64,000 nucleotides of DNA from Orbicella franksi (taxonomy: Eukaryota), in NCBI GenBank assembly GCA_964199315.1, contig OZ116701.1:22196001-22260000 (forward strand), in the 5' to 3' direction. Position numbers and translations under genes: made by a program. The notes beneath the pieces are model-generated. The model was not told the DNA's origin. It saw only the letters and a program-made list of their open reading frames with translations, and searched no databases. Shown here in pieces: positions 36,201-50,329 of the stretch (position 1 is its first letter; the number at the start of each line of letters is the position of its first letter).

Positions 36201-36420
36201 TTGCGTGTCAAGGCCAACAACAATAGCGATTTCTTGGGCAAGGCTTGTAAGTCCTGGAATGACATGGCCTTTGGGTCAAAGCTTTTTGGATGATTGCGGT
36301 GATTGGAGTGGCAACGCATGATGAAAATATGCTCTGGGAAATAACGAGAATTACAAGGCTTGGCTAAAATACAGACAAATTGCAAACTACCTACTTGCAC
36401 TAGTGAGAGTCACGACAACA
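33240..36420 (-). mobile_element. Ngaro-like retrotransposon 2, decayed
   Basis: YR HSFRIGAATTAAEAGLPPWLVQILGRWSSNCFALYIR (33512-34435); RNase H TDVSGTLGYG..KELYPIALA..FHSNNEAVV; RT MEGPTTSLVFLGILIDT; gag LKNKILRCEYVDFIDLL. An internal deletion joins gag to late RT near 35640. Confidence 0.9.
35148..35304 (+). mobile_element. tRNA-like retroposed unit with a 13-bp TSD, inserted in the Ngaro-2 RT
   Basis: ACAAGCAAAGTTA at 35135-35147 and 35305-35317; A-box TAGCTCAGTGG and B-box GGTTCGATTCC. Removal restores GKLNFACHVIPVGRIFL on the minus strand. Confidence 0.85.
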
Positions 36421-37276
36421 CAAGGTGTTGTTCAGTATGAGAACAGGTGAGCGGTAATTATAAATGATAACTTGATATTGTTTATCTTGTATCCATTACA
36501 CATAATAACAGAGTTTTGTTTAGGCTGCCTGCATCCCGAAGCGCAAACTGGGATCAAGCATATAAGGCAAAGAAATGAATAGATCACAATTATTCTTGTT
36601 GAATGTAATTGTTATTGTAGTTCCAAGGACAAAGTAGTGTTTATCTCGTGCACATCAAAGAGCAATGTCTGTTTATGTAAATGTCTTTATGACTTAACCA
36701 CAAGTGTTGACAGTTTTTGTACTTAATCAAACATTGATTTGCAGTATAGCGTGACTAAAGGAATGATATGTGTGATATCCATGCAACGCTTTAAGTTGTT
36801 ATCTCTATTTTACAAGTAAAATTACCAAATAAATTTCCACAAAAAAGCAGCTGACTCATTATGAATTGTTTATACAGCTTCATTTTTAAACAAGAGAATT
36901 AACCAATCCTCCCCACAACTCCCCCCTTTCTCTCAAATGGCATTGGGGTTGTGCAACATTTCCCTCAATTCTCAAATACCACCTACACAATTACACTTTC
37001 CATGATAATATGTATATGGGAAATACTATCAGTAATACTACCCTTATATTGTGGTGTAGCAGTAAGGTGGATGTAAGACATTTGGGTATGTCTCTTGATA
37101 TTCTAAGGATGGTAGTTATACCACACAGAGAATGATCATGAATATTGGGAATTTATTTGAGGTACAGGTGTATTTTGCCATTATTTTCCATACGTGATTA
37201 TTTATCGAGGGCGGTATTTGTTGGACATTTTTATATATGCTACAATACTACTCTTTTAAGCATCTGCTAGATCTTA

Positions 37277-40018
37277 AGGACTTGTCATAAAGTACAGGAG
37301 GGGTGGGCCAGAAAAAAAGTGGGGGTGGGCCATCATTTTTGTGCATGCGAAAAGGGGTGGGTCCAAAAAAAAAAACAGGCAATACACTAGGGGTGAGTCA
37401 TGAATAATTATGCTTGAAATTTATTATTAGCAGGTATGTATAAATACAAAATTTAACACTTAAATTGACAGTAATGCAACTTTATAGATGACTAGGAATA
37501 AAACTGCTCCTACAATTACACTTCCTGGCTTTAGTAGTGACTTGTTTTGACAGGATTATGACAGTAAGGAATATGTGAAACATATATTTAAAAAAAAGCT
37601 ACAAAATAAAAGCAATGATAAAATCATTGATGGGAAACTTCATCTTGCAAATGACAAAGATCAGACTATAGTTACAATCAGGCTAAAATACAATATTGGT
37701 AGTTCAGGAAGTATTTGGGCTTCAGAGACCATGCTTCTGCGAAGAGAGATTCCTCAACTATTCGTAGTCAGTAAAAGTCCATACAGATATAGCAGTATTC
37801 CATTAAGGCGGTTTTTTGTACATGTTCATGACTGTCTTTACCACTTTCAAGACATGTCAATGTATGAAGAAATAATGGTAGTAACACAAAAGAACCAATT
37901 GCAAGTTCTGCAAATATGAAATTAAATGTTTGTCAAAGCTTAAACATGAAATGAATGCAGCTATGTCAAGAAGGGATGAGGACAGGATTGTTGTCAAAGC
38001 TGAAGATGTAGCTTATGGAAATGAGGTGAAGGATGCAGTAGTCTCAGTAATATACAATTTGGAGCAAGATTTTGCCAACACCACAGCCACCAGAAAGCAG
38101 TTATGGGTAGTATGTGGCGTTCTCCAAAGAAAAGTGGACCAAGTCCTAGCATGCATCAGAGACGAGTTTGCCACCCTTACAGACTGACATCCTTAAGAAA
38201 ACAGATGTAGGGCCTGGTGTGCAAATCAGCAATGCAGAAGTGAGATAAAGGGATGTGGTGATGGCTAGGATCCTTAATTCTGATCGTGTGAATAGAATTC
38301 ACAGAGCAAGAGATGACAATGGCCAGAATGAGGCGGAGAGGTCTAATGCATGTCTTGGTTGATGCAATGGAAGTTCCACGACGCACTTGATGGACTGATG
38401 CAAGATGAAATTGAAGGACTCTTGCTTGATGATATCAAGAAACACAAGGAGCTAGAAATATAAGAAAACGCGTGGACCATTGCCAAGAATGTGCCTGAAA
38501 GAATCACTCACAAGCCAGGCCCAGCTGGATTACATGTAATCATCTGTGACCCCACACAAGAATTTACAGTTTTTCTTCAACACAGAGCAAGCTAGAGCAA
38601 CTACGCTATTTTGCTTCAACACCAGATTCAAAACAAAAAGACATCCCAGGATCTGCACACTTTAAGAAATTATATAGATTTATGGAAGAACAGGTCCAGG
38701 TGGAATGGCTCTACTTGGAATACCTAACAGGTGATAGTCAGAAGACAACCAAACCCCTCTGTGAGTTTCACACTAAATTGTCCTGTTCAGCTTCAGGTTT
38801 GGAAAGAGTTCCAAGGCCAATGCCAGATCAGAATGCCCTACAGAATTGTGCTACTTGCCCTTTGACAAGACCCCTACTGTTACTTCAAGTGGTTGCCACA
38901 TAGATGTGGGTGATTATCAGCCAAGAGTACAATTTTGAAAAAACATTTGAAGATGGAACCCTTGGATTGGATGATACAGAGTCCACTGAAATGTTTTCAA
39001 AAACATTTGTTGAGGAAAATCTTACAAGAAAGTACCTGCAACATCTTAACACCTACGATTGAAAAAAGAAAAGTGGTCTGTAGAAAGGAAGAGGAAAAAA
39101 CAAGAGGAAGTCACGAAGACATATGATGGCTTTGCCTTTCCCAAGGGAACACTGGAAAAGTTAACTGTTCTTGTGCTAAACTTGTTCCTTGTTAGGCATC
39201 ATCTGGCCTATGGCAAGATGAGGAAAGCGGAGAAAGTAAATACCATCAAAGCATGGTTGGCAAACTCAGAATGGTTTAAGATGTGCCATGGTTTCTTAGA
39301 CGGGAAATGGTAGCACTATTTGATTCCAAATAAAGAAGGGAGAACACAGGGAAGCCAGGACTTTAAGTTTATTGTACCAAAAGGACTCAAGGATATTTTT
39401 AGATTCTCTTTCTTTCCAAGGACAACAACTGAATGGATCAAACTCCCAAAAGAAAATGCTACCAGTCAATCCCTCTCTATTTAAAAAAAAAATTGTAAGG
39501 TTAATTTTAAATGCAATTTTTATTAGTTTTATTTTTAGTTTTAGTTTTTATTATCATTTTAATGACAAAATAATATTTACATTTAAATTTAGAATACAAG
39601 ATACAACACTGAACAGAGTGGAATTCTTGATAAAGATAATGAAGCTACAGATGATGAACACTGATGTCTCTAGTGAAGAGGCTGATGTAGTTTCACTTGA
39701 ATTTGGCAAGTTCAGTGAGGACAATGGAAACGATTCAGAGAATGACAAGATATTACAGCCTCACAACTCCAGAACTAGAAGGCCATGTACAACATATTTG
39801 ACCCACCACTCCTAAGGAGACTCTGCCTGATTCTATTGTTTAGTATTGATGATGCCCCTTGTAACGGGATGAGGGGGTCGGTCACTCATTTTTGTGTTAG
39901 GATTTAAAGGGTGGGCTACAATTTTTGTGTTAACTAGAAAGGGTGGGCCACTAAAACGGTGTCTGCCAGAAATTAGATTTTTCTGGCTCACACCCTTCTG
40001 TACTTTATGTCTGCCCCT
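37277..40018 (+). mobile_element. TIR DNA transposon with a decayed transposase (possibly Zator-like)
   Basis: About 40-bp imperfect TIRs (AGG..CATAAAGTACAG.AGGG.G.GCCAGAAAAA) flanked by TA; subterminal GGGTGGGCC repeats. Internal broken ORF 37575-39313 includes KTDVGPG..IHRARDDNGQNEAERSNA. Confidence 0.65.
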
Positions 40019-43000
40019 TAGCTAGAAGTATATTGTCTTAGTGTATTGTCAAGCATTCCACATAGCGACCAACATGACTAACCATATAAAAAGGGCATGA
40101 CATGATAAATAGTTCCCACGAGTTATTGTTCACAAGTAAGTTCAGGTAGTTCAAACCTCTTTTGTGAACTGCTTTAAACTTACACGATACTCAGTTTATT
40201 TCATTATTAAAATCAAAGGAGACCTATGGCCAAACTCATGGATTTGGTAATCTAGAGATGAAACATGTTGGCGAGCTTGCAATTACTGGTGTATTATTAA
40301 AGGCTGTTAAAACAAACCGGGTTCGTACCATGCAAGGTGGCACTTTTCTCACAAAGCGTAGGCTTTTATTGCACACATATTACAGACATGTGTCCAGAAT
40401 AGCTAAGGTGGCAAAACTGCAGCTGAACATGGAGTGGTAAAGGCTAAGGATTCTTGGGTCATAGAGGACACTGCTGTCCAAACAGTCATAGAGTGCACCC
40501 CTCTCCCCCTTCCTCCCACACTCAGATCTTGATGTTGATGTTTGTCTGCCTGCTGGGAAAATTTGCATGTATTTAAGTCATACGAGCTTACACACGTTTT
40601 TCACTGTATTTCATTCAAGGCTATAGGTAAGGTTTCTTATGAGACAGCACTTCTTTTCCAATGTGAAACCACTTGCCTCTATATATTGCATGTAAAATAC
40701 ATCAAAATAAGTAGCCTCTTTAGCAAGCATTTTCATTGTTGATCCATAAAACGCCATCAATAAAACCTGGAACATGGAACATCCCGGAACATCGCATAAT
40801 TATAACAATTATGAGAAAAATATGTAAATTAAATTTTCAAAAATAAAATAAACAAAAATAAACTGGTATCCAAAAAATCTGTCGACCCATAAATATGTGT
40901 TCCAACAAGTTCACAGGGGTTTTCTTTCCTTTAGTTATCTTTTCAATCAAGAAGAAAAAGCGTAAACAAAAGACAGGGTAAAAATCATTTGAGCTTATCA
41001 ACATCAAGTATTTGGGAATTTCTTTCCAAGTTTATGTGCATTTCACATCCCACTTAGAGTTCAGATCAGTGTACTAAAATAAACACGACAAGTATAGAGA
41101 ACACAACTTTAATCTAAACTGAACTCAATGTTGATTGAACATGGACAACTCAACATGAAAAACTTGATACAAACTGCAAAGCTGTGAGTGAAAGTGCTGC
41201 TTGAGTGAGCACTGGATCTCACAGGAGATCTATAATCAGCCAAACGCGAGAAGCAAAGCGATAATAAGTCAAAGACCACTGCAGGGCTGACACAACGTCA
41301 CATATTTAAAACAATATTTTGGCTGGCCTCAGGTTTAGATGTTACTAATAAATTACAAAAATTAAATTACAATATTATATTATGGTGCCGATGTTTGTCC
41401 TGTTTTCAATAGCTGTTTTGTTCATTGAAAATTGTTCCCTTCCCTCATACAAGTTCATTAAGGTCGACGAATAAGACACATTCTCATCTCCTGGTAATGA
41501 CCTTTAACGCCTGGATGAGTCAAAGGCTTATGAAATTCAGCATTCAAGTTGGCTATAGTACTAATTCAAACATTCGAACTCCACTTCAATTTAGCAAAAC
41601 ACCTAGTGGTTGTGTAAAAGCTACAAAATCATCAATTTGGGCTGCAAACCTAGTACCGACTGCAGGGTTATTTTTCCAACATGGCTTAAGGCTCGGTTAC
41701 CATTTCAATATGGTGTCTGGCTTCGTTACTATTTAACGTCTCGTCCGGGTCGACTAATTACGAACAGTGTCTACACCTGAGTGAGTGACACATTTGCATA
41801 TCAGAGTCCCCGCAACAAACACATTTCTACGCTTCGCGTATCCACGCATTTAAAAATGCGAAATTTTAAGAAGGCTAGAATTAAGGAAATTTGGATTTAA
41901 AATGTTTTGCACTAACTTGTCAATTGATTTGCATACTTCATAAGCACTCGCAAATTTCAGCTGATGATACTAGACCTAGAGGAATTCCAAGCTTGAATTA
42001 GACTTGCAGTAGATCATACTGGTGATCACTGGCAAGAGGATATTTCCAAAGGTCTAAGCTGTTAATAGACAGGATGTAGATTAATTTTTGATCTTTAATT
42101 TTTTATAACAAATACATTGAGTGTCATTTGAGCTGAGTATGTTACATACATTTTCAAAATTTTCAGCGAGATGCATCGCATGTTTGAACATGACACTTGG
42201 CATGGTAAATGTTTAACATGGATATTTTCAAGCAGGAAAGTAAAATAATTGAAAAGTGAGGTACAAGATGCATTTTTAAACAAGACCTACAGTTTGCCAC
42301 CATTTTTAACACATGTCAGAGGTGTTTTTAAAATGGTTTGCAAAACCACTATCTTAACATATCTGAGATTAGTTTAAAGCAAAGAGTAAATTGGAGTGGT
42401 TCCACATTTGTGTGAAGTTTGAAGTCAATTAAATTTATTTTAAGACTTAAGCAGCGTTTCGTCCTTGCAATTTCATTACACAAAAAAGTGCACTTTGACT
42501 GTGCTTTCAAATTTTCACATATTTTTAAGGAGTAAAAATTCACTAACTTTAAATACAGTTTTCAGAAAAAGGTCACCTAGGGGTTTCTTTGGGCAAAATA
42601 TGATTGATTTGCCAAATTGGTCATAGACCGGCCTTTCTCAATCCCAACAGTCAGCCATTCTTAAGGCCCAGACCCCAAAAATGACACCCACTGGATGGAA
42701 AAAAACAAAAACTAAGAATGACTTTAATGGGTTTACTTTATTTTGTTTCTGTAACATGAGAAGTTAAGGACGTTCGCACTAATTGTTTCTGCACATCCTT
42801 ACTGCGCATGTAAATTCATACGGCACATCATGCATGAGACCATGCAGAGTGATAAAATGCTTTGCCTGGATTTAATGATCTTGGACAACCAGTAACCCAA
42901 ATTTTTCTTCTGATGGATCATTTTCTCCACCGATTTTCTATGTTTAGCCAAAAAATGAAAAAATCTATTGACTAGAGGTTTGAATTTTTGGCCAAATGCA

Positions 43001-44899
43001 CCATCGAATTCCTTTCTTTTTAGCTCTTCATTTATCTGTACTATGTTTTCAAATGCCGTTTGAAGGGTTAAGTTTTGTGAAAATGTTGGTAACATTTGGA
43101 ATTATTTATGCAACAGACCCACTTCTACAAAATAGGACTAAGATCGTTTGCTTCCCTTGACTCACCTTCAATTTTTTTTAGCTATAAACCCCTGTAGACC
43201 ATGCTGAATTATGTGTGCCAATTTTTCAAAATCAGGGTAGTTTTCCACACGCTTTATCTCTGAAATGAAGTTTGCATTTCTGACACAAGTAACTCACTAC
43301 CTGACTGCAGCAGAAGTTTAAAAAAATCTATCAAATGGAAAATTTTCACGTGAATATCCTTAGGAGTCAAGCATATAATTTCTTTTCCATTTTGCTGGGC
43401 ATTATTTTAGGCACTGCAATTTTCTGATACAATTTGCGTACCTTATCTAAGGATCACATTGGGAACACAATGCCGAGAGGGACAAAAATGATACCCTATT
43501 TAGGGATCAAGAACCTCAAAAACAGACCCTATCCTCAGCACATACTTACTCATAGCGTATAAATGGAAGTAGCCCCAGCAACATATTTGCATGGATATGA
43601 AATTTCTTAAGAGTACATGTAGGAGGGGCTAAGTGGAAAAATCATGCAAACAGAGAGTATCATAAAATCCTTGAAGCAGAAAATCTAGTACAGCTGAAGG
43701 GTCTAGTTAATTTTTTCCCTTTTTACTACTAAAATCAAGTTAGTCAGTTGACGTGGTTGACTACATGTGCACTGAAAATATTTTGTTTGTACCCTTTTTA
43801 GACCATAAATCACAAATGAATTTTCTACAAATGAAAAAGTAGGCAAAATGGTAATTAGACACTTATGACATGTAACCCCCTAAAGAGCAAATTCCCAGTC
43901 TGAAATTCCCAGTCCTGCAAAAGTAATGAGAGCGAAATGGCAACAGTCATTCATTATCCGCCTGGTTATAGCAGAAAACGGTGTTTTTGCTTCCATACAT
44001 TTAGCTCTGACAGAGAAAATTTGCCATCTAAATGGCCGCCATCTTGTTTGGAACATTTCCCATACCTACCATATATAGCTTTCAGAAACCACACAATGTG
44101 TTTGAAAGTTATATTTATAAATTGACCAGACATGTTTCAAATGAAACATCCATTATGATTTTTTAGGGCACACATTCTGCAATGGTTTCCAAAAACACCA
44201 CAATTTTCTATGGAAGGCCAATTACTATCCTCAGTACATTTATTTTCAATACATATCTATAGTAACCTCATACCATAACTGTCTTGCAGATCTTCAACAA
44301 TAAACTGCAGGCTTTCAGGGCAGCACTTGAAAAACTTTGGAAGACAATGCTGAAAAATATGTTAGGTAGAAAATCTTATTGATTTGAAGAAGGCAATGTG
44401 ATTTTTAATTGAATAAAAAGTGGACTAACAATTGCCAGTTTACGTTTGACATGTCATATTCCACAATAAAAATTACTCATCCTTCTAAGTTTTTAGATTC
44501 GTCAGATTAAAAAACATGTGAGAGTTAAGCATTTTATCAAGTTTTAACTTGTTCCTTTCGTAATACAGTATATTATAATAATATTATTTGGCACATATAT
44601 GTAGCTCAAGTTGTCACATAGGTCAAAAGATAACTTACTTTTATTTTTGTTAATTACTCATGCGCAGTATGGCGCATGAGTTAAGGATTGGGCTCAATTT
44701 CTCTGTTTTGGTGTCACATTTGTGCATGCAAATTTATGCATGCATACATTTAGCACGGTCTTTGGAGCTCCGTCCACCATATTGGATTCTTCAAGAGAGT
44801 GCCATTTTTTTGCAAACGTTGTGCTTTTTCCCCAATTTGATGACAAGTCTCAAATTCATCAGGGTTTTGGAGATTCAAGGACATATTACGAAGAATCAT

Positions 44900-47720
44900 T
44901 TACTAAGAATGTGCTCTGTATACTTAATCTTTTGGTCAAAAAATGCTGCCTGTTTGTGTAAATGGACGTGTTTAACAAAATGGGCAGGTAATAGGCCACG
45001 TTCGATATACTGTGGGCATTTGAAAGAGACCATTTCGGGTGTACAATGTTCCTCAGTGACGGAACCATACAATGGTAATACAGTGTCATAAAACTGCTGT
45101 TGATAAGAGGTGTTCAAGTCCCAGCTGCTCAGACAATTGGCGATGACGTTCTGGGAGCCTGCGATGTGATGTGCACTGATCTTGAAATCATCGCGATCTG
45201 CGTAAAGCCAGAGTTCGCGCAAGCAAGCTGGTGTGAAAGGAACACATGATTTCCTGAAGTTGAGAGCAAGCTCTGTACTCTTGTTATCAGTGAGTACTAG
45301 GATGCACTGACAAGGCAAAACAAAAAGCCCACAGTTTGATGCTGACAGTGACTGCATGGATTTCGAGGGTGTTGATATGCAGAGACTGTTTAGTGATGAA
45401 ATGAGGGTAGGTGGCATAAAAAAAAAAACCCTCATAAAACCCGCCAGTTCCATGGAGGAGTTGCTGTTTATGAGTGAGCATGCGCAGTTTGTTTAGCAGG
45501 CGTTGCATAAAAATGTGGCCCGGACTGTTACAAGTGGAGACAAAAGCCAATTTGCCGATCAAGGATTGAAGCGTGGTTTTCGTTGCGCTAGAAGTATTCA
45601 TCCAGGTGCCGACAAGCAGGGTAATACTGTCAAGTTTATCTTGGGGCAATTCAATAGACATTTTGACAGTGTCATAAACCAAACCGAGAAAGGGCATGCA
45701 TGTGGAAGATACCCAGTCTTTGGACAGAGAAGATTTTAAGCCAAATCTTTGAAACAAGTTTCCTAGCTCAAGAAGGCAGTAGAAGCAGTTTTGTAATCCT
45801 TCTCCATGCCTCCGAAGTCATCAACATAATTAATACAGGCATAGTTAAGTTCTGAGTTACACATGTAAGCTATGGCTGTTGTCGTATGCTGACAGGTCAT
45901 GGTTGCAGACCTCAGTTCAAATGGTAAAACAAGATCAAAATAGTAGTTGTCCCTCCATCTGTAACCAAGAAACGTGTAGTCTTTTGGGTCGACAGGGATT
46001 TGTCTATCAGCACGTTTTAGGTCTTTTTTGCACAAAAAAGAACCAGGGCCTTTGGACAAGATGATATTCACAAAGTCTGCTGATCGAGGTAGAGTCAAGT
46101 GAAAAGGAACGTTGAGGAAGGTATTTTTGGGTATGCCATCATTGACAGAACAACCAGGTGGAAAACTAAGGTCTAAAACAATGCGGTGTTTTGTTTCATC
46201 TTTGTCAACAGTTTGAACGAAATTTATGGCAGAGGAATGATTGGAATCGAAGAATGCAGGATCAGATGACAAACAGTTATTTCCTGGCCAACCACGAGCT
46301 AAGAATAAGACGACGTCGGAGTCATGATAATTGGTCAGACAGGCTTGCCAAGCAGGTAAATTCAGGCAGGATGGAACGACTATTCGGGTGCCAAAAGCAT
46401 TTGGCTGGGTGTGTTTGCTGCAAATTACGTGTCTGATGACAGCGGAAATCGAATGAGAAGCGGAAAGATTAAGTTGCCCATGAGGCAGAGACTTGTCTGA
46501 AGGTGAAGCACAATCTGCTTGAATGGAGACAGAGGGAGAACTACACGATATATTTACAGATGATACAGGAGTGTTTGTATTAGTGGTAATTTGGTCAGAT
46601 GATTGTAGTGAAGAAGGAAACTTGACATTGTCTGTATCTGCCTGGTGGCCTGGTCAGGCCGAGCTGGGACTTGCAACCAGTGATGCGTTTGTGGTTGCCG
46701 GTCAAGTAGGGCAGGAAGTGATTGTATGATCAGGCAATTTGCAATATGCACACACATGCTCAATGCCAACCTGGTGAGATTGGTTGGAGCAAGTGCCAGA
46801 TCAGTACCATTCTTTACAATATGTTTTAGGTGTAAAACCTGGCGGACAAGCTGTGGACTGATTTTGTTGCTTGGTAGCTAAAGGCAAACAATCAGATTCT
46901 GTGATGTTAAACCGCTCGAGCTCCATGAAATCATCTCCTCAGGAAGCTAAACCAGCCTCGATTCGATCAAGAACTGCAGCATGAAATGACAGAACAGAAA
47001 GCCATTGAAACTTGGCTGCCAAACGCATCAATGCCATTAAATGGGTTGACATGACCTCTTGTTGCTCATCGCTGGCAACCGCATAATAATTAAATGACCA
47101 TACACGAATTTGGCCAGAGACAGAACCTTAAATTTATTTTTTGCTAGGGCAAAAGAGACTTTTAAATGTGGCCATTCTTGGGGGGCCACTATTCTAACAT
47201 TGTAATCAAACTGTCCCAAGGACTTACCACTGTTTAGACTTTCACAGACTGTTGATAACAACAGCACAGTTTCAGGTTTGACAAGTGCTGACTTGGTGTT
47301 GGCCTTGATTCGAGCTTCGAGCTCCAGTTTCTTAATCTTCAACTTTTGTTGCTCGATCTGGAGTGCAAGGAGTCGAAGGTCAGCGCTTTGTTTGCCACGG
47401 TTTGTGGGAGTGGGAAACTCGCTGAGAGTTCTTGCACGTGGCATTTCATCATGGCTGACAGCAGTCACATCTGGATCAACTTGTTCAGCATTTCCAACTC
47501 CTCAAAGCAAAGGAATGTCAAATTGAAAGCCTGAAAGTAAGGCCAGTGGCTTTTTTGATCTTCTCCCGGCTGCTGAAGTCATTGAAAAGTTGTAGAATGT
47601 ACAATAAAAGGCGATGAAAACAGTTGAAAATAAAATTGGCAGAAACCCAAGCAACTGAACAAAACAATGAGACGCAGCATGCTAGGAAATGGCAAGTGAC
47701 CAGAAAGGGACCAGAGGGGG
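44900..47720 (-). mobile_element. Ngaro-like retrotransposon 3 (gag, RT, RNase H; recombinase not seen)
   Basis: Minus strand reads gag WLSVLSFHAAVLDRIEAGL..HVCAYC; RT HRIVLDLSFPPGCSVNDGIPK..KDLKRADRQIPVDP..NYVDDFGG..FLGLVYDT..LQSLIGKLAFV; RH LEIHAV..HHIAGSQNVIANCLS. Confidence 0.88.
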
Positions 47721-47754
47721 GATTAATTATTGAATTCCTGTGAGGATTTCGGCC

Positions 47755-47855
47755 CATTGTTCAACACCAAAGATTGTTTCTCAGTTCTTGACATTGCCTC
47801 CACTTCTTTCCAACTTGAAATCAAGGAGGCATTACACATTGGTTGGGAAAACCTA
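47755..47855 (+). pseudogene. Penelope GIY-YIG extreme C-terminal fragment
   Basis: DCFSVLDIASTSFQLEIKEALHIGWE matches the F.ILD...L.IKEAL.I..KP.LN tail of Penelope proteins. Confidence 0.6.
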
Positions 47856-48854
47856 ATCATGTCTGTACTGTTGTTAGTAACCAGTGCCCCTCTATTGCAA
47901 AGACACCAATGCACGATGGCAAGGAAAAGACTTACCAATGGCCAGGTGTTGTTCTAACTAAATTGTGGTCAGTTAAATCTGTGTTGTTTAGCAGGCAATC
48001 CTGCCATCAAAGAACATTACTTTGGGGACGAGGATCAAAAGTACCCAGAGATAAATAACTACCAGTCAATAAACCAAAATCATAGACCATACAGAGCAAA
48101 ACCACATCAGTTTGTTAAAAGAAAATACAAAATAGAGCTTTGTTGCGATGGCTTGCTTCATGTTTGTCTTTTTGTCACATTTTCTGCATACAATGAACAC
48201 TATATCGAGGCTTCTCTAATCAAGTGAGTAATCTTGATTCTTTCTGATTTGCCAATTTGTTGCTTAGCAATGACGTCATTAGTTTTTACATGTGGACGTA
48301 TCTAGATAGTGTTAGCGGCATATTCCCACCAGTAGTTCAAGTTTCAGTTATCGTGCACAGTACGTGTTTTTAAGTAAATTAAGTTTTAAGTTACCCTTAA
48401 CTATTTAGAGTGCAAGTGGGAACCAATGTGTAAGTACAAACTATTTTCTATGCTTGTTTTTTAGTATAAGTTTCAAGTTTGGACGTTTTTTAACCTAAAG
48501 TACCTTTAGTCTTGGTTTTTTTATACAACAGCCTATTGTTCTGAGTCCAACACATGGCAGAACCTCAGTTTTCAGAGTTTTTATTTCATCTTGTTTTAGT
48601 GATAGATCTTTATAGTTTATACTCCCCCTAGCTTAGCTTTCTATTTAGCTTTCTATTTAGCAGTTTCCTATAAGAATCTCTGGTAATTCAGTTAAAAGTT
48701 CTTTCCTTGCTGGTAAATTCCCACATCGCTTTCAGTGGTGCTTTCGCAAGCACGTTTTTATCGCATCATGCAATTTTATTGCTTTCAAGATTTTAGAGTG
48801 TTATCATTTATTGTATTAGGACAGTTAAGAGTATGTATATCTGATTGGGATCAC

Positions 48855-49232
48855 TGATGATTTTTAATTAGAGAAGTTTGACGGGAAGTATTGTCACATT
48901 GCAGTTATGATTGCAATGTTTGCTATTACTGTTTTGTGACTCTTGTCATCTTGTAATCTTCTATTATCTAGTAATTAGTTTATTCACTGCATTATATTTC
49001 AGTTTACGTTTGATTATCGTCAATTAAATCACCGTCAATCATTTATGATGATTTTTAATTAGAGAAGTTTGACGGGAAGTATTGTCACATCACAGTTATG
49101 ATTGCAATGTTTGCTATTACTGTTTTGTGACTCTTGTCATCTTGTAATCTTCTATTATCTAGTAATTAGTTTATTCACTGCATTATATTTCAGTTTACGT
49201 TTGATTATCGTCAATTAAATCACCGTCAATCA
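48855..49232. repeat. Tandem duplication, 2 x 187 bp (period 191)
   Basis: 48855-49041 and 49046-49232 are identical except CACATTGCAG vs CACATCACAG, and are separated by TTTA. Confidence 0.92.
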
Positions 49233-49393
49233 CAGCTGATTTGCCTTGATCTCTGGCTTTATTCGATTAGTAAAGCATCTCCCACACACGCTAGTCTCAT
49301 CACGACAAGTTGTCTGGCAAGTGACAATTCAGCCTTTCAACAGTCACCATGAGCCTGACGTTACACTACATGTTTACTGTGATTATGGAAGTA

Positions 49394-49924
49394 TAACGTA
49401 AAATCTCATGTTAAAGCCCCCCGGTTATAAGTCCCCTGGATATAAGCCCCTACCCCAAAATAAGCCTATCTTATGTATAAGTGCCTTACTTCTGCATTTC
49501 TTAAAAAAAAATAGATTTTTTTAATTAAAAGTTATGGGCATAAAAAAGTGCCTGTGGAGTTTAGAACAATAATTATAACAATACTAAAGAAAGAAACAAA
49601 CGTTCATGCATATATAACAATGTTATGAGTTCTCTTCCACTGCTCATTTCCAACACAACTATTCCAATTATTCCACAGCTGTTCCAGTTGCATTAGTGTT
49701 TTATAGATGTTTTTGAAATAAATTCTCCATTTATTGTGACACACAATAAACGTATTACTAATGTAATTGCTCAGTTTCTCAGATACGTTTTAAACTGTTG
49801 TTCTGAAACATTTTTTTACTCTGCTTATATGCCTCCTCTGGTTATAAGCCCTCCATTTATAAGTCCACCAAAAAGCCCTTATGAAGTTATATAAGCCCAG
49901 GGCTTTAACATATTTTTCTACAGT
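49394..49924. mobile_element. MITE with internal ATAAGCC repeats (Tc1/pogo-type ends)
   Basis: Terminal inverted TGTTAAAGCCC / GGGCTTTAACA, with multiple TATAAG(C/T)CC repeats near both ends. Confidence 0.55.
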
Positions 49925-50329
49925 ATCAGGAGAGAAAGATATAACTGAAAGATTTCACCTTTTTACAGATACAGAGAGTGCTTAAGTGTCACATGTCACA
50001 CATCTCAAAGTTTCACGCAACATTCGGTTGGAAATGATCCCAAAGAAGTTTTTTTAGGTTCACCCCCCTCCTCCTGCCTGGATTTCTATAGTCTTTGGCC
50101 CCTCTCCCGAGAGAATTTCCAGAAACCGATTTGTCGGGGAAGTGTGAATTTTTTCTGGAACAACCGAATTCCATTCCCTTATTGTGCATGGGAAAAAGAG
50201 TACTTGTGGTAACTGGTTCATGAATGTGACTTGCTTGGATTCCTATAGAAGTTTTGGCTTACCACTTTTGAACTCTTTGCAGATGGCAAAGGCCTAATAA
50301 TCAACAAAGACAACACAAACAACAGACAA

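Noticed and set aside
42765-43362. Possible third TTAA/AGG MITE (TTAAGGACGTTCGC.. / ..GTGAATATCCTTAG)
   Set aside because: The right end is too degenerate and the TSD does not match, so it cannot be supported.
48310-49365. Possible large solo LTR (TG..CA)
   Set aside because: No matching TSD at the candidate ends and no second copy in the window.
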